DNA of 48,514 nucleotides. Origin: Promethearchaeota archaeon. GTDB lineage: Archaea > Asgardarchaeota > Lokiarchaeia > Sigyniarchaeales > SOKP01. Within the stretch, counting starts at the first letter, position 1. Each line of letters starts with the position of its first letter. Location of the stretch: assembly GCA_048937405.1 (NCBI GenBank), contig JBHLNF010000007.1, positions 185,436 to 233,949 on the forward strand, written 5' to 3'. Under the pieces are notes generated by a model. It was not told the origin of the DNA and did no database searches. It saw only the letters and a list, made by a program, of their open reading frames with translations. This document shows, one piece after another, positions 28,869 to 37,926 of this stretch. Both the position numbers and the translations under genes were made by a program.

Positions 28869-30311
28869 TCATGGAAATTTAAATCTCTCTTTAAAATGTT
28901 CCCAACTTTTTTTATCTAAAGGATTTTCATTTAAAAATAAGAAATTAAGACCTTTCAAGCTTTTTATGCTCTCATTGTTGAATTGTGATATTTGATTTCT
29001 ACCTATATGTAAAATGATTAGATTATTCAAACCTTCAAACCCCTCTAATTCCTCTATACTATTGTTATCCAAATATAATTCTTGTAGATTTTTTAGATTT
29101 GTTAAACATTTAATTTTTTTAATCTTATTGTTAGACAATTCCATTTTTTTTAAGTTCACCTGATTTTCAAGACATCCGATATCAGATATAAAATTATTTG
29201 AGAGGTATAATCCTTTAAGCTGATGAAGAGTTGATAGATCACTAATTTGAGTTAATTTATTATCATTAAGGTGTAGCCACATCAAATTTCTTAGATTTCT
29301 AAGACCTTTCATATGTTCGATTTGATTATATGCAAGATTTAATCTATTCAACTTCTCCAAATTATCTAGATTTTTAATTTCTGAAATTTGATTATGACTC
29401 AAATTTAACTCTTCTAAATTCACTAAATTAGTTAAATTGGTAATTTCTTCTATGAGATTATTATTTAAATACAATTTTTTTAAGTGACGTAAAGAATCTA
29501 AGTTATCTATTTTATGGATCTTGTTATTTGACAAATTTAATTCTTCTAGATTGATTAAATCATCTAAATTCTCAATTTTTTTTAATTTATTATTTGCTAA
29601 ATCAAGTTTTCTTAATTTATTTAAGATTTGGATTCCTTCTATACTTTCAAGTTTATTTCGCGCTAATTGAAGATACTCTAGTTCAATCAAGTTTTGTATT
29701 CCGAGAATATCTGAAATTCTTTTTAGATTGGAACTCTCACAATTTATAGAAATTATTTTACCACCTCTTATTGTCACAAGATATCCACATTTCTTAGTGT
29801 AAAAGTTGTGTAGAATTATATTATTGCAAATGTCGAGATATACTTTAGGGATGGGTTCATTAGGATCAAATTCATTGATTTCTTTTAGATCCCGTCTTTT
29901 TTTATCATGAATGTAATTCTTATTTATATTATTAAGGAATTCTATTATTAATTTCCGCGTTTTTATATTATTGATTGAATTCAATGTTCTTAAAGCAAAA
30001 AGCTTCAATTCTACATTATCAATCATTTTTAGTGAATATTCTAACAATTGAATTAGCTTCTTATTTTTCGAATACTTTTCTCTTAAAATTTGTCCCGCAA
30101 TTAATCTAATTTGAAGATTCTCGTCAGAAAGAAATAATTGTTCAAAAAATTTAAAATTTTTACCTTCTTCGAGCAAACCATAGATTTTCAATGCTTTCTG
30201 ACGTAATGTTATATCATTTGAACTATCAATCCACTCTCTTAAAAAAGCTAAACTTTCTCTTTTTCCAATTTGCTCTAAATTATCTTTTATGAAATCGGGA
30301 TCTAATTCCAT
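28869..30311 (-). CDS. Leucine-rich repeat protein (SDS22-like 22-aa repeats) with HEAT-like N-terminus
   Basis: About 12 repeats of L..L.L..N.I..I..L..L (e.g. LEELNLSNNKIHKIDNLDSLRH). Helical N-terminal part with LR.KAL / IR..A..IL motifs. Confidence 0.92.
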   Translation of the reverse strand: MELDPDFIKDNLEQIGKRESLAFLREWIDSSNDITLRQKALKIYGLLEEGKNFKFFEQLFLSDENLQIRLIAGQILREKYSKNKKLIQLLEYSLKMIDNVELKLFALRTLNSINNIKTRKLIIEFLNNINKNYIHDKKRRDLKEINEFDPNEPIPKVYLDICNNIILHNFYTKKCGYLVTIRGGKIISINCESSNLKRISDILGIQNLIELEYLQLARNKLESIEGIQILNKLRKLDLANNKLKKIENLDDLINLEELNLSNNKIHKIDNLDSLRHLKKLYLNNNLIEEITNLTNLVNLEELNLSHNQISEIKNLDNLEKLNRLNLAYNQIEHMKGLRNLRNLMWLHLNDNKLTQISDLSTLHQLKGLYLSNNFISDIGCLENQVNLKKMELSNNKIKKIKCLTNLKNLQELYLDNNSIEELEGFEGLNNLIILHIGRNQISQFNNESIKSLKGLNFLFLNENPLDKKSWEHFKERFKFP

Positions 30312-30464
30312 GTTAAGTATTTACCAATCTAAAATATTCGATCTTAGTTCAATACTATATATATGTTCGAAAGAGTAAAAATCTGTTTAGTAAGAAATAC
30401 AATAAAAAAGAAAAAAAGAAAAAAGACTAATATTACAATTTCCCTATACTTGGAGGAGCTTAAT

Positions 30465-30514
30465 TTAAAAGTATTGATGGATAACCTGTGGACTCACCTC
30501 ATTATACTCCCTTC
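30465..30514 (-). pseudogene. Remnant copy of the actin gene 3' end (RREYNEVSPQVIHQYF*)
   Basis: 43/50 nt identical, ungapped, to 33634-33683 (actin [16 protein letters not shown]), including the stop codon. No start codon or further actin similarity upstream. Confidence 0.85.
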
Positions 30515-30700
30515 TAAAATAATATCTTTCCTTAAAAATAATAATATGTAATCTTAAAAAAAGAAAATGAAAAATCTAATATCTAAAGACAAAGATAATC
30601 CTCATCGTTATCCTTATTAAAATCTTAATTTACTTTATAGCAATCCACACAAAACCATCTCTTTTCCACGGGATTGTAATAGCCCAAGTGTAAAAACCTT

Positions 30701-30851
30701 AAATCTGGATTTAATAAAAAACAAAGAAATTTATTAAAATAAAAAAATAAGCAAAATTATGCCATTATATAGATACAAAATCTGGATTTAAGAAAAAACA
30801 ATAAAATTTATTAAAATATAAAAATAAGCAAAATTATGTAAACGTATAGAT
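30701..30851. repeat. Two-copy tandem repeat, period 77 bp
   Basis: AAATCTGGATTTAA...AAGCAAAATTATG...TATAGAT starts at 30701 and again at 30778; 4 mismatches over the first 61 nt. Confidence 0.9.
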
Positions 30852-30929
30852 GTAATCGATGTTCAAAAAAAATGTTTGAATTTTTAGAAAAGGATTAAAT
30901 CTGTAAAAATTCAAAAATTCGGTGAGATT

Positions 30930-32252
30930 ATGCAAAATTCCACCAAAAGAATTATAATTTTATTAATTTATTTTTCAAGTCCTTTAATTGTTATTCTCCT
31001 ATTCTATGCTTTAAATCCCACAGAATTAATTCAACCTCTTTTAAGACAACTGGCAGATATATTAGGTATTACAGCCTATATACTACTGGTTTATGAATTT
31101 GTGTTAACCTCTAGATTAAAGTTCATCGATAAGATCTTTGGAATGGATCGGATTATTTTATTTCACATAATTATATCCGGTATTGCTATTCAGTTAGTAA
31201 TAACACATGGGATTATCATGTTTTATATAAGTGGAAAAACTCTAATTCTGATCGGATCGGGAATTAATTCCTTAGTACAATTTATTCTCTTAATGGCAGT
31301 AGGAGTGATCTTTTTACATGGGTCTGGAAAAAAACTGAAAAAACTAAAGTATAATGTAGCTAAGACAATACACAATTTAGTGATTATTACTGCATCTTTC
31401 TTATTTCTACATGCGTTAATCACTAATCTAAATTATCCGTCTCCAATTATACTTATCATATTTACCTATTTTTATCTATTCGCATTAGTTTCTTGGCTAA
31501 ATCTTAAAGTAATTCGAATAAGAAAAGTGAAAAATAATCCTTATGAAATTATTCGAGTTAAAAATGAAGCAATTTCTTATTGGACTCTAGAATTAAAACC
31601 GAAGAATAGAAAAATTTTCGATTATGCACCTGGCCAATATGGCTATCTCTCTATTAAATCTCAGGAAGTATCAAAAGAATTTCATCCCTTTTCATTTACA
31701 TCAAGTCCCGTTAATAAGGACTGCATTAGTTTTATAATAAAAGAATTAGGAGATTATACGAATCAAATAGGGACAGTTAAAGTTGGAGATACTGCCTATA
31801 TTGAGGGTCCTTACGGAATTTTTAATGCTCATAAATCTAAATCGAATCAACTAGTTTTGATCGCTGGAGGATCTGGTATTACTCCATTTCTTAGTCTGTT
31901 GCGTTATATGGAAGACTCTAAGAATACTAGGAAAATAACTCTAATCTGGGGTATAAGATATCCTTATGAATTATTCCTGAACGAGGAATTCGAAAAAATG
32001 AAGATAAAAAATCCAAACCTAACCATTATTCCCATAGTTTCTGATGATGATAGTTGGGAAGGTGAATGTGGATTTATTGATCGTGAGAAACTAGAGCGTC
32101 TTGCCCCCTGTGTCGATCCTGGAAAAAAGATCCAAAAAAATGATTATTACCTTTGCGGACCTCCAGCTATGGTGAAGAGTGTTCGACCTGCATTGAAATT
32201 AATGGGCGTAAATAAGAGGAAATATCTTCACACTGAAAAATTTTATCGCTAA
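30930..32252 (+). CDS. Ferric reductase-like/NOX-like transmembrane flavocytochrome (TM haem domain + FAD/NAD(P)H-binding domain)
   Basis: Six hydrophobic helices with paired His (LFHII..ITHG; TIHNL..FLHA), PGQY, EFHPFS.TSSP, IEGPYG, IAGGSGITPF, YLCGPP.M, C-terminal EKF. Confidence 0.88.
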   Translation: MQNSTKRIIILLIYFSSPLIVILLFYALNPTELIQPLLRQLADILGITAYILLVYEFVLTSRLKFIDKIFGMDRIILFHIIISGIAIQLVITHGIIMFYISGKTLILIGSGINSLVQFILLMAVGVIFLHGSGKKLKKLKYNVAKTIHNLVIITASFLFLHALITNLNYPSPIILIIFTYFYLFALVSWLNLKVIRIRKVKNNPYEIIRVKNEAISYWTLELKPKNRKIFDYAPGQYGYLSIKSQEVSKEFHPFSFTSSPVNKDCISFIIKELGDYTNQIGTVKVGDTAYIEGPYGIFNAHKSKSNQLVLIAGGSGITPFLSLLRYMEDSKNTRKITLIWGIRYPYELFLNEEFEKMKIKNPNLTIIPIVSDDDSWEGECGFIDREKLERLAPCVDPGKKIQKNDYYLCGPPAMVKSVRPALKLMGVNKRKYLHTEKFYR

Positions 32253-32294
32253 ATCTTATTATCCCTCTTTTAATTTTTTCAGAATATGCTCTGA

Positions 32295-32501
32295 ATATGC
32301 TCTATTATTAGTTTGAAGAATCTAAGAGAATTTGTAATTAATAGTAAAATACTTGAAAGTATTTCTAACAATATTCTTAATTTTATGAATCTAGAGAAAT
32401 TAATTGTTAGGAGCCCTCTCCTAAATTCAAACCCTAAAAAACTAGAAGCTTTAAAAAAAATTAACCTTCTTTCTAAGAAATTTAATTCACTGAGTCCATG
32501 A
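32295..32501 (+). pseudogene. Probable degenerate leucine-rich-repeat gene fragment
   Basis: SIISLKNLREFVINSKILESISNNILNFMNLEKLIVRSPLLNSNPKKLEALKKINL follows an LxxLxxLxL..L..IxxxIxxLxxLxxL periodicity. Preceded by an 11-bp tandem duplication (GAATATGCTCT x2, 32282-32303) that contains the in-frame stop. Confidence 0.45.
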
Positions 32502-33050
32502 AAACCGGATTGTAGTCCAACCTTCTCCTTTCCATGATTTATTAATATAGGAATAATTAATTTTTTTGTCAAGGCATAATTGAAAAAAACACATTGCCCA
32601 TCCAACTGCTGAGTGATAATAATTTGGCCAATTATGAGGTGTATCTTTGTAAGTGATTTCTAATTCTGTGTCAGAGAAAGAATTTAGTATAACTTCACCA
32701 AAGTTATAAACCTTTCTGTGAAAACGACTATATTTTTCAAAAGCAATTTGAAGATCCCCTTTAAAAACAGTAGATTGGTAAATCGTCGTAAACCAACGTT
32801 TTGCTTCATCAAAACCCCATTGGAGTAGAGTATTTGGATTATTTCGTGCTTCTACATAACATAAAGCATCAAAAAGCTCCCGAAATTCTTCACAAGGATA
32901 CCAAGATGCAGATAGAATCCTTTGATTAAGTAATTCCTTTGCCTTATCTGAGAGCATTACATCATATTCATGTCTTTTTCTATGATTTATTTTGATTGAC
33001 TTCACAATCGTCAATACTAACGTTCCTTTAACTTGTTTAAAAAAAAACAC
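32487..33050 (-). CDS. Hypothetical protein resembling DUF2378/TIGR02265 (H-NOX/V4R-like ligand-binding fold)
   Basis: VKGT.V....., ILSASWYP, C-terminal GW..... and W.G...T.IRFSW pattern. Start uncertain: the GTG lies inside an SD-like GAGGTG followed by a T run. Confidence 0.5.
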   Translation of the reverse strand: MFFFKQVKGTLVLTIVKSIKINHRKRHEYDVMLSDKAKELLNQRILSASWYPCEEFRELFDALCYVEARNNPNTLLQWGFDEAKRWFTTIYQSTVFKGDLQIAFEKYSRFHRKVYNFGEVILNSFSDTELEITYKDTPHNWPNYYHSAVGWAMCFFQLCLDKKINYSYINKSWKGEGWTTIRFSWTQ

Positions 33051-33633
33051 CTCATTTATCCTAATTATAACTTACTTAATATTAACTAAATAAATCTAAA
33101 TTAAAAAGAATCTTTAGAAGGTCTTTCAAAAATATAATAGAATTATAATTATAAAAATCTTTTTTGAACTCTATTATTTAATGTTATTTCAGCAAAACAT
33201 CTTTTCACTTTATTATTAATTAGTTATAGAGAGATTTAATATCAGAAGTATATAAAGAAACTCCTAAAAATAGACCTTTTTCTAGTTATAACCTCATTAT
33301 TCTAATCAAAATTATCAATTTTGCAATAATCCTTTCAATAGATATAAGAGATTAATAAGCTCAAGTCCTTAAATGTTTCTCTAATAAATATGTGTATAGA
33401 TCCTTTGCAAAATAATGAAAGTAATATTTAGTTGCTTAAATTAACTTAAATTTAAATTGATTAGATAATAATTTTTTAATTTATTGAATCTTAACTTCTT
33501 TGGGGAACTAAATTGAATATTCTCTTAACTGCAATAAAGAAATATTTCTCAAAATAGACACAATAAAAAAAAGAAAAATAAAAAAACTTATGAAATTTAT
33601 TCCCATTCGATTTTTATAAATATATTTCTCGGA

Positions 33634-34779
33634 TTAGAAGCATCGATGGATAACCTGTGGTCCCATCTCTTTATACTCCCTTCGAGTTACCCACATTCTA
33701 TGGAATGTTTTCAAGGAGCTTAAGATTGAACCACCAATCCATACTGAGTACATACGCTCTGGAGGTGCGATAATCTTTACATCAACACTTTCAGGAATCT
33801 GCTCCTTAATTTCTTTGGTTAACCTTTCTTTGATACCAGGGAACATAGTGGAACCACCAGAAAGTACAATATTACTATATAAATCCCTTCTAAGATCTAC
33901 ATCACATTCTGAAATGGCGCCAACAATTACATCATCAAGGGGTTCTAATTCTTTACCGATTACACTCGGATTAAAGAAACACTCAGGAGCAAGGAATCTT
34001 TCTACACCAACATTGATTGTCTCTCCATCAGGAAGCATGTAGCTCTTTTCCATCCCAGCTACTTTCTTTGAAAGCATCATTTCTTTTTCAGGATCGATTG
34101 CTACATAGCACAATTTTTCTTTGATATCTCGAACAATTTCTTTTTCTGCAGATGTTGTAAAAGAGTATCCCTTTTGTCGAAGAAGTCTCTGTAAGTAAGT
34201 TGTAATATCCCGACCTGCTAGATCGATTCTCTGGATAGCATGGCTTAAGGCGAATCCCTCAAAAATTGGAACTACGTGGGAAACTCCGTCACCAATATCT
34301 ATAACACATCCGGTAGTACGACCAGAAGCATAAAGGCTCAATACTGCTTGCATTGCTACATAAAGAGCAGGAGTATTGAAAGTCTCAAACATAATTTCAG
34401 CCATCTTTTCACGATTTGGTCGTGGATTTAATGGTGCTTCAGTCAAAAGAACAGGATGTTCACTTGGATCGATACGCAGATCAGTATAAAATGTATAATG
34501 CCAGATTTTCTCCATTGCTGTCCAGTCTTCAATGATACCATGTTCAACAGGGAACATTAACTTTAAAACGCCTTTTAATTGCATAGCTTCCTCACCAATA
34601 TAATATTCCCGAGTATAATGTTCAACATCAGTCATGATGCTTTCATACTTAGGATAACCAATTAGTGTTGGGAATACTGACCTCGGTTGATCCTCACCGG
34701 CAAAGCCATTCTTGGAGATACCAGTACCATTGTCAACAACCAAGGCTTTTGCGTTCAAAAAGCTTTCTTCCTCTGCCAT
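33634..34779 (-). CDS. Actin (Lokiactin-type, eukaryote-like)
   Basis: [117 protein letters not shown]-terminal IHRCF. Confidence 0.98.
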   Translation of the reverse strand: MAEEESFLNAKALVVDNGTGISKNGFAGEDQPRSVFPTLIGYPKYESIMTDVEHYTREYYIGEEAMQLKGVLKLMFPVEHGIIEDWTAMEKIWHYTFYTDLRIDPSEHPVLLTEAPLNPRPNREKMAEIMFETFNTPALYVAMQAVLSLYASGRTTGCVIDIGDGVSHVVPIFEGFALSHAIQRIDLAGRDITTYLQRLLRQKGYSFTTSAEKEIVRDIKEKLCYVAIDPEKEMMLSKKVAGMEKSYMLPDGETINVGVERFLAPECFFNPSVIGKELEPLDDVIVGAISECDVDLRRDLYSNIVLSGGSTMFPGIKERLTKEIKEQIPESVDVKIIAPPERMYSVWIGGSILSSLKTFHRMWVTRREYKEMGPQVIHRCF

Positions 34780-35243
34780 ATTTCTAATTCAGCTCTTAAT
34801 TTTAATTATTTTTTAAATTGGTTAATTTCTTCGATTATATTTTTTAAATTATTTTTTTGAAAATATCTTATTTCTATTTTTTTCTTATTATTTATCCTTT
34901 AAATTGATAAATTGTAAGATTAAAATTAAAATAATAATAATGCACGCATTTATAAATTTTTTGAATACAAAACAAAAAATCATTATAAATGTATGTAAAA
35001 TCATATTTAATTATATGCACAGATATTACTCTATTTTAAACTTTTAGGACAACAAATTTCATATGTAATTTCGAATAAGATATTTTGTCTTCATAATATT
35101 GAATGCAAAAAAAATAGAATAAAAAGAATTGTACTAACCAAAATCTATAAAAAACTTATTACAAATGATGAATTAAATATAATATAATAAGAAAGAGGGG
35201 CTTCCCTATATTGTATAAATTTATAGTAAAAGGAGTGTAAAAT

Positions 35244-36218
35244 ATGCCAGAAAGCAATCCAATATTATATGATTTAAATAAAGTCTTTATACCATGTCGA
35301 ACCGTTTTAGAGATGGAGGCACTAACTTCATTATTTCTTGAGTATTATAATTATGATGAAATTAAAGAATTACCACAGAGTCAACCTACTAGTGAAAAAT
35401 TAATAGATAAATTTCATGTATTAGATTGCGAACCTCTTGAACATATCATTGAATATTTTATTGAAGTAATAGTCAGTAAATTAAAGCCTATTGTTATGTA
35501 TGAGAGGAATCACCATGATAGGTTTAGGATGGGAAATGTAGATGCATATGCCAAAACAAGATTATGCTTATTTTTCGCTTTACATCGATTAAAGTTAAAA
35601 TTTTTAGTTATTAAAAACTTTATGGATAAATTTAAAGGGAATAATTATAGGTTGGATACTTCTGAAAATCAGGAATCTTTGGGAGCTCACTCGTTTCTTT
35701 CTGCATTTTACCAGGATTATCATAAGAAAAACAAAATGAATCTAAAATTGATGTTATCATCAAAGAGGATGTCAGATAGGGTTAGCGAATTAATGGATAC
35801 ATCTAAAACTATCACCAATGAGGATATTATTAATGCAATTACTTTCAGAAAATTCCTAGATGATAAAAATAGAATTAAATTTATTATGAAAGAAATAAAA
35901 GCATCTTTATTTGTATGTAGGGTAATGTTTGCACAGATGGACGTCGGAAAACCATTTACGACAGCAAATGAAATGGATGTAGATGCAGAAGAGATGATGA
36001 TAAGCCAAGATTTCATTCCAGAACTAATCCCTGCTATCTCACAATATTATGCTGAAAGACAAATGCCTCAACTCGAAGATTGTTTTAGAGCGTATGACTT
36101 CATGATGCATAGAGCTTTAGAAGGTATAAATCATGCGGTAGAATTAGCTTCTGGAGGTCAAATTGTTTTAGATTTGGATAGTACAATCTATAATACAGGA
36201 AATATTTTTGCAATTTAA
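35244..36218 (+). CDS. Hypothetical protein, 324 aa, divergent from actin
   Basis: Long ORF with protein-like composition and SD-like AAGGAG upstream of the ATG. No motif recognised. Confidence 0.8.
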   Translation: MPESNPILYDLNKVFIPCRTVLEMEALTSLFLEYYNYDEIKELPQSQPTSEKLIDKFHVLDCEPLEHIIEYFIEVIVSKLKPIVMYERNHHDRFRMGNVDAYAKTRLCLFFALHRLKLKFLVIKNFMDKFKGNNYRLDTSENQESLGAHSFLSAFYQDYHKKNKMNLKLMLSSKRMSDRVSELMDTSKTITNEDIINAITFRKFLDDKNRIKFIMKEIKASLFVCRVMFAQMDVGKPFTTANEMDVDAEEMMISQDFIPELIPAISQYYAERQMPQLEDCFRAYDFMMHRALEGINHAVELASGGQIVLDLDSTIYNTGNIFAI

Positions 36219-36314
36219 GTATAAAGTATATGCTTAAAAATTGGGCTCATTAAATATTATATAATTTCACTATTTTCTTCTATTCAAGAAGAAAATAACA
36301 TAAAACCGTTAAAA

Positions 36315-36470
36315 ATGAAGAATGAAAAATTAGAAATGAAACGTGAAGTTTGGAAATATTTCAGACTTTATAGGCAAGCTCCAATAAAAAAGAAATACTT
36401 GGAAAAATTAGCGGAAGAAGAAATAAATCAACCAACAAAACACTATAGAAAAATTATTTTTAATCAATAA
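36315..36470 (+). CDS. Small hypothetical protein, 51 aa (not in the ORF track)
   Basis: ATG...TAA ORF MKNEKLEMKREVWKYFRLYRQAPIKKKYLEKLAEEEINQPTKHYRKIIFNQ with purine-rich coding-like composition, co-oriented with both neighbours. Confidence 0.45.
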   Translation: MKNEKLEMKREVWKYFRLYRQAPIKKKYLEKLAEEEINQPTKHYRKIIFNQ

Positions 36471-36609
36471 GGGTTGCAAATCAATAAATATGAAATAATA
36501 TATGGGGCTTCTACAAAGATATGATTGACAAAAGAATATATAATTTCTGATATAAAACAATTTATTTTGCCAATTATTTCCGATTTTATATTATTTTCTG
36601 TTTCTTTAA

Positions 36610-37902
36610 ATGATGAAATTATTCAAGCCTGATGAGGAACGTTTTACCTTAGATTTCAATGATATGCTTAAAATTGTGCTATTGAATAGTTTAGGCTTTT
36701 TTTTCATTGGTTTTTGGACGCCGGTAATTGCTCGTACTAATATGGGAGCAACAGGTATTCAGTTAAGTTTAATAGTCTCAGTACAAGTATTAGGTCGCAT
36801 GATCAGTGCTTTTATTACTGGATTTATAACAGATCGGATAAATTCTAGAACATTTTTAGTGTTAATAGGCTCATATGGACGTGCATTTAGCTATTTCATA
36901 ATATATGCGGCTATAATTATTAATAACCTTATCTTATTAGGAGTAGGTACATTTACATTAGGTTTTATGGCAGGTGTCTTTTGGGTTCCTTTTAACACAT
37001 TTGTTGCTGAAAAATCTAATAAAGATAATCGCTCTCAAGCATATGGTAAAGTTAATTCATCGAACGCTATAGGACAAATAATTGGATCTCTTTTTGGTTT
37101 CAATCTTGTAATGATAGCAGGCTCACTAACTAATAATCCATTCATTATATATGCCGCAATTCCAGTATACGGAATTGCAAATTTCATTGCTGGTGTAAGA
37201 TTTCATTTAAATGTAGATGAATCAGTTAGGTTTTCAGAATATCCTTCTGACAATAACACTTCAATTGATAAAACAATAAATAAATCAAAAATCTTCTATT
37301 CTAAGGCAACAATTATCGGAGTATTCTTCTTAATGACTGTGCTTTTCTTAGGTAGTATCAATAGTTCTATAGCTAGACCATTTTTAAACATTTATTTATT
37401 AGAAAATATTGAAAGTAATATTAATTTAGTAATTTGGGCATATCTACCAGCCGGAATATTAGCTACGCTCTTCGCTCCAAAATTAGGTGCTATTGTTGAT
37501 AAGCTTCGGCCTTCAATCGGAATAACAATTGTAAGTATCTTAGGTGCTATAGTTACATGGCTATTAATTAATTCTGAGAATATTTGGATTTTTGCAATAC
37601 TATTACTCTTTGATATGACAATTATGATTGCTGCAGGTCTAATATTTCAAAATCTTGTAAGTCGAATCACAGTAGAACATCGAGGCAAACTCTTAGGTAT
37701 AGGAGATTTCTTTACGTATTTAGGGAGTGTTATCGGGCCAATACTAGGTGGAATTGTATGGGATTTTTTTGGTCCTAAATTTCCATTTATTATCTCAATT
37801 TTTGTTGAATTATCATTAATTCCATTCTATCTTTTGGTAGTATATTTCCTATTACCATCTTTGGCAGAAGCTTATGATATAAAAGGAGAAAAAGAATGCT
37901 AA
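36610..37902 (+). CDS. Major facilitator superfamily transporter
   Basis: About 12 hydrophobic helices; motif A-like GFITDRINSR and GAIVDKLRP; RSQAYG, HRGKLLG, GPILGGIVWD. Confidence 0.92.
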   Translation: MMKLFKPDEERFTLDFNDMLKIVLLNSLGFFFIGFWTPVIARTNMGATGIQLSLIVSVQVLGRMISAFITGFITDRINSRTFLVLIGSYGRAFSYFIIYAAIIINNLILLGVGTFTLGFMAGVFWVPFNTFVAEKSNKDNRSQAYGKVNSSNAIGQIIGSLFGFNLVMIAGSLTNNPFIIYAAIPVYGIANFIAGVRFHLNVDESVRFSEYPSDNNTSIDKTINKSKIFYSKATIIGVFFLMTVLFLGSINSSIARPFLNIYLLENIESNINLVIWAYLPAGILATLFAPKLGAIVDKLRPSIGITIVSILGAIVTWLLINSENIWIFAILLLFDMTIMIAAGLIFQNLVSRITVEHRGKLLGIGDFFTYLGSVIGPILGGIVWDFFGPKFPFIISIFVELSLIPFYLLVVYFLLPSLAEAYDIKGEKEC

Positions 37903-37926
37903 CTAACTAAATTTTAATTTGACTTT

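Noticed and set aside
30363-30551. 62-aa + strand ORF from the track
   Set aside because: Built from A-runs and the antisense of the actin 3' remnant; not credible as a protein.
30701-30851. CRISPR array
   Set aside because: Only two long adjacent units with no unique spacers, and no cas genes in the window.
32279-32605. 108-aa minus-strand ORF
   Set aside because: Overlaps the DUF2378-like gene out of frame and is antisense to the LRR-like remnant; no recognisable features.
33051-33633. Structured ncRNA or hidden gene in the 580-bp gap downstream of actin
   Set aside because: Very AT-rich, with no ORF in the track and no GC-rich stems or C/D box pair noticed.
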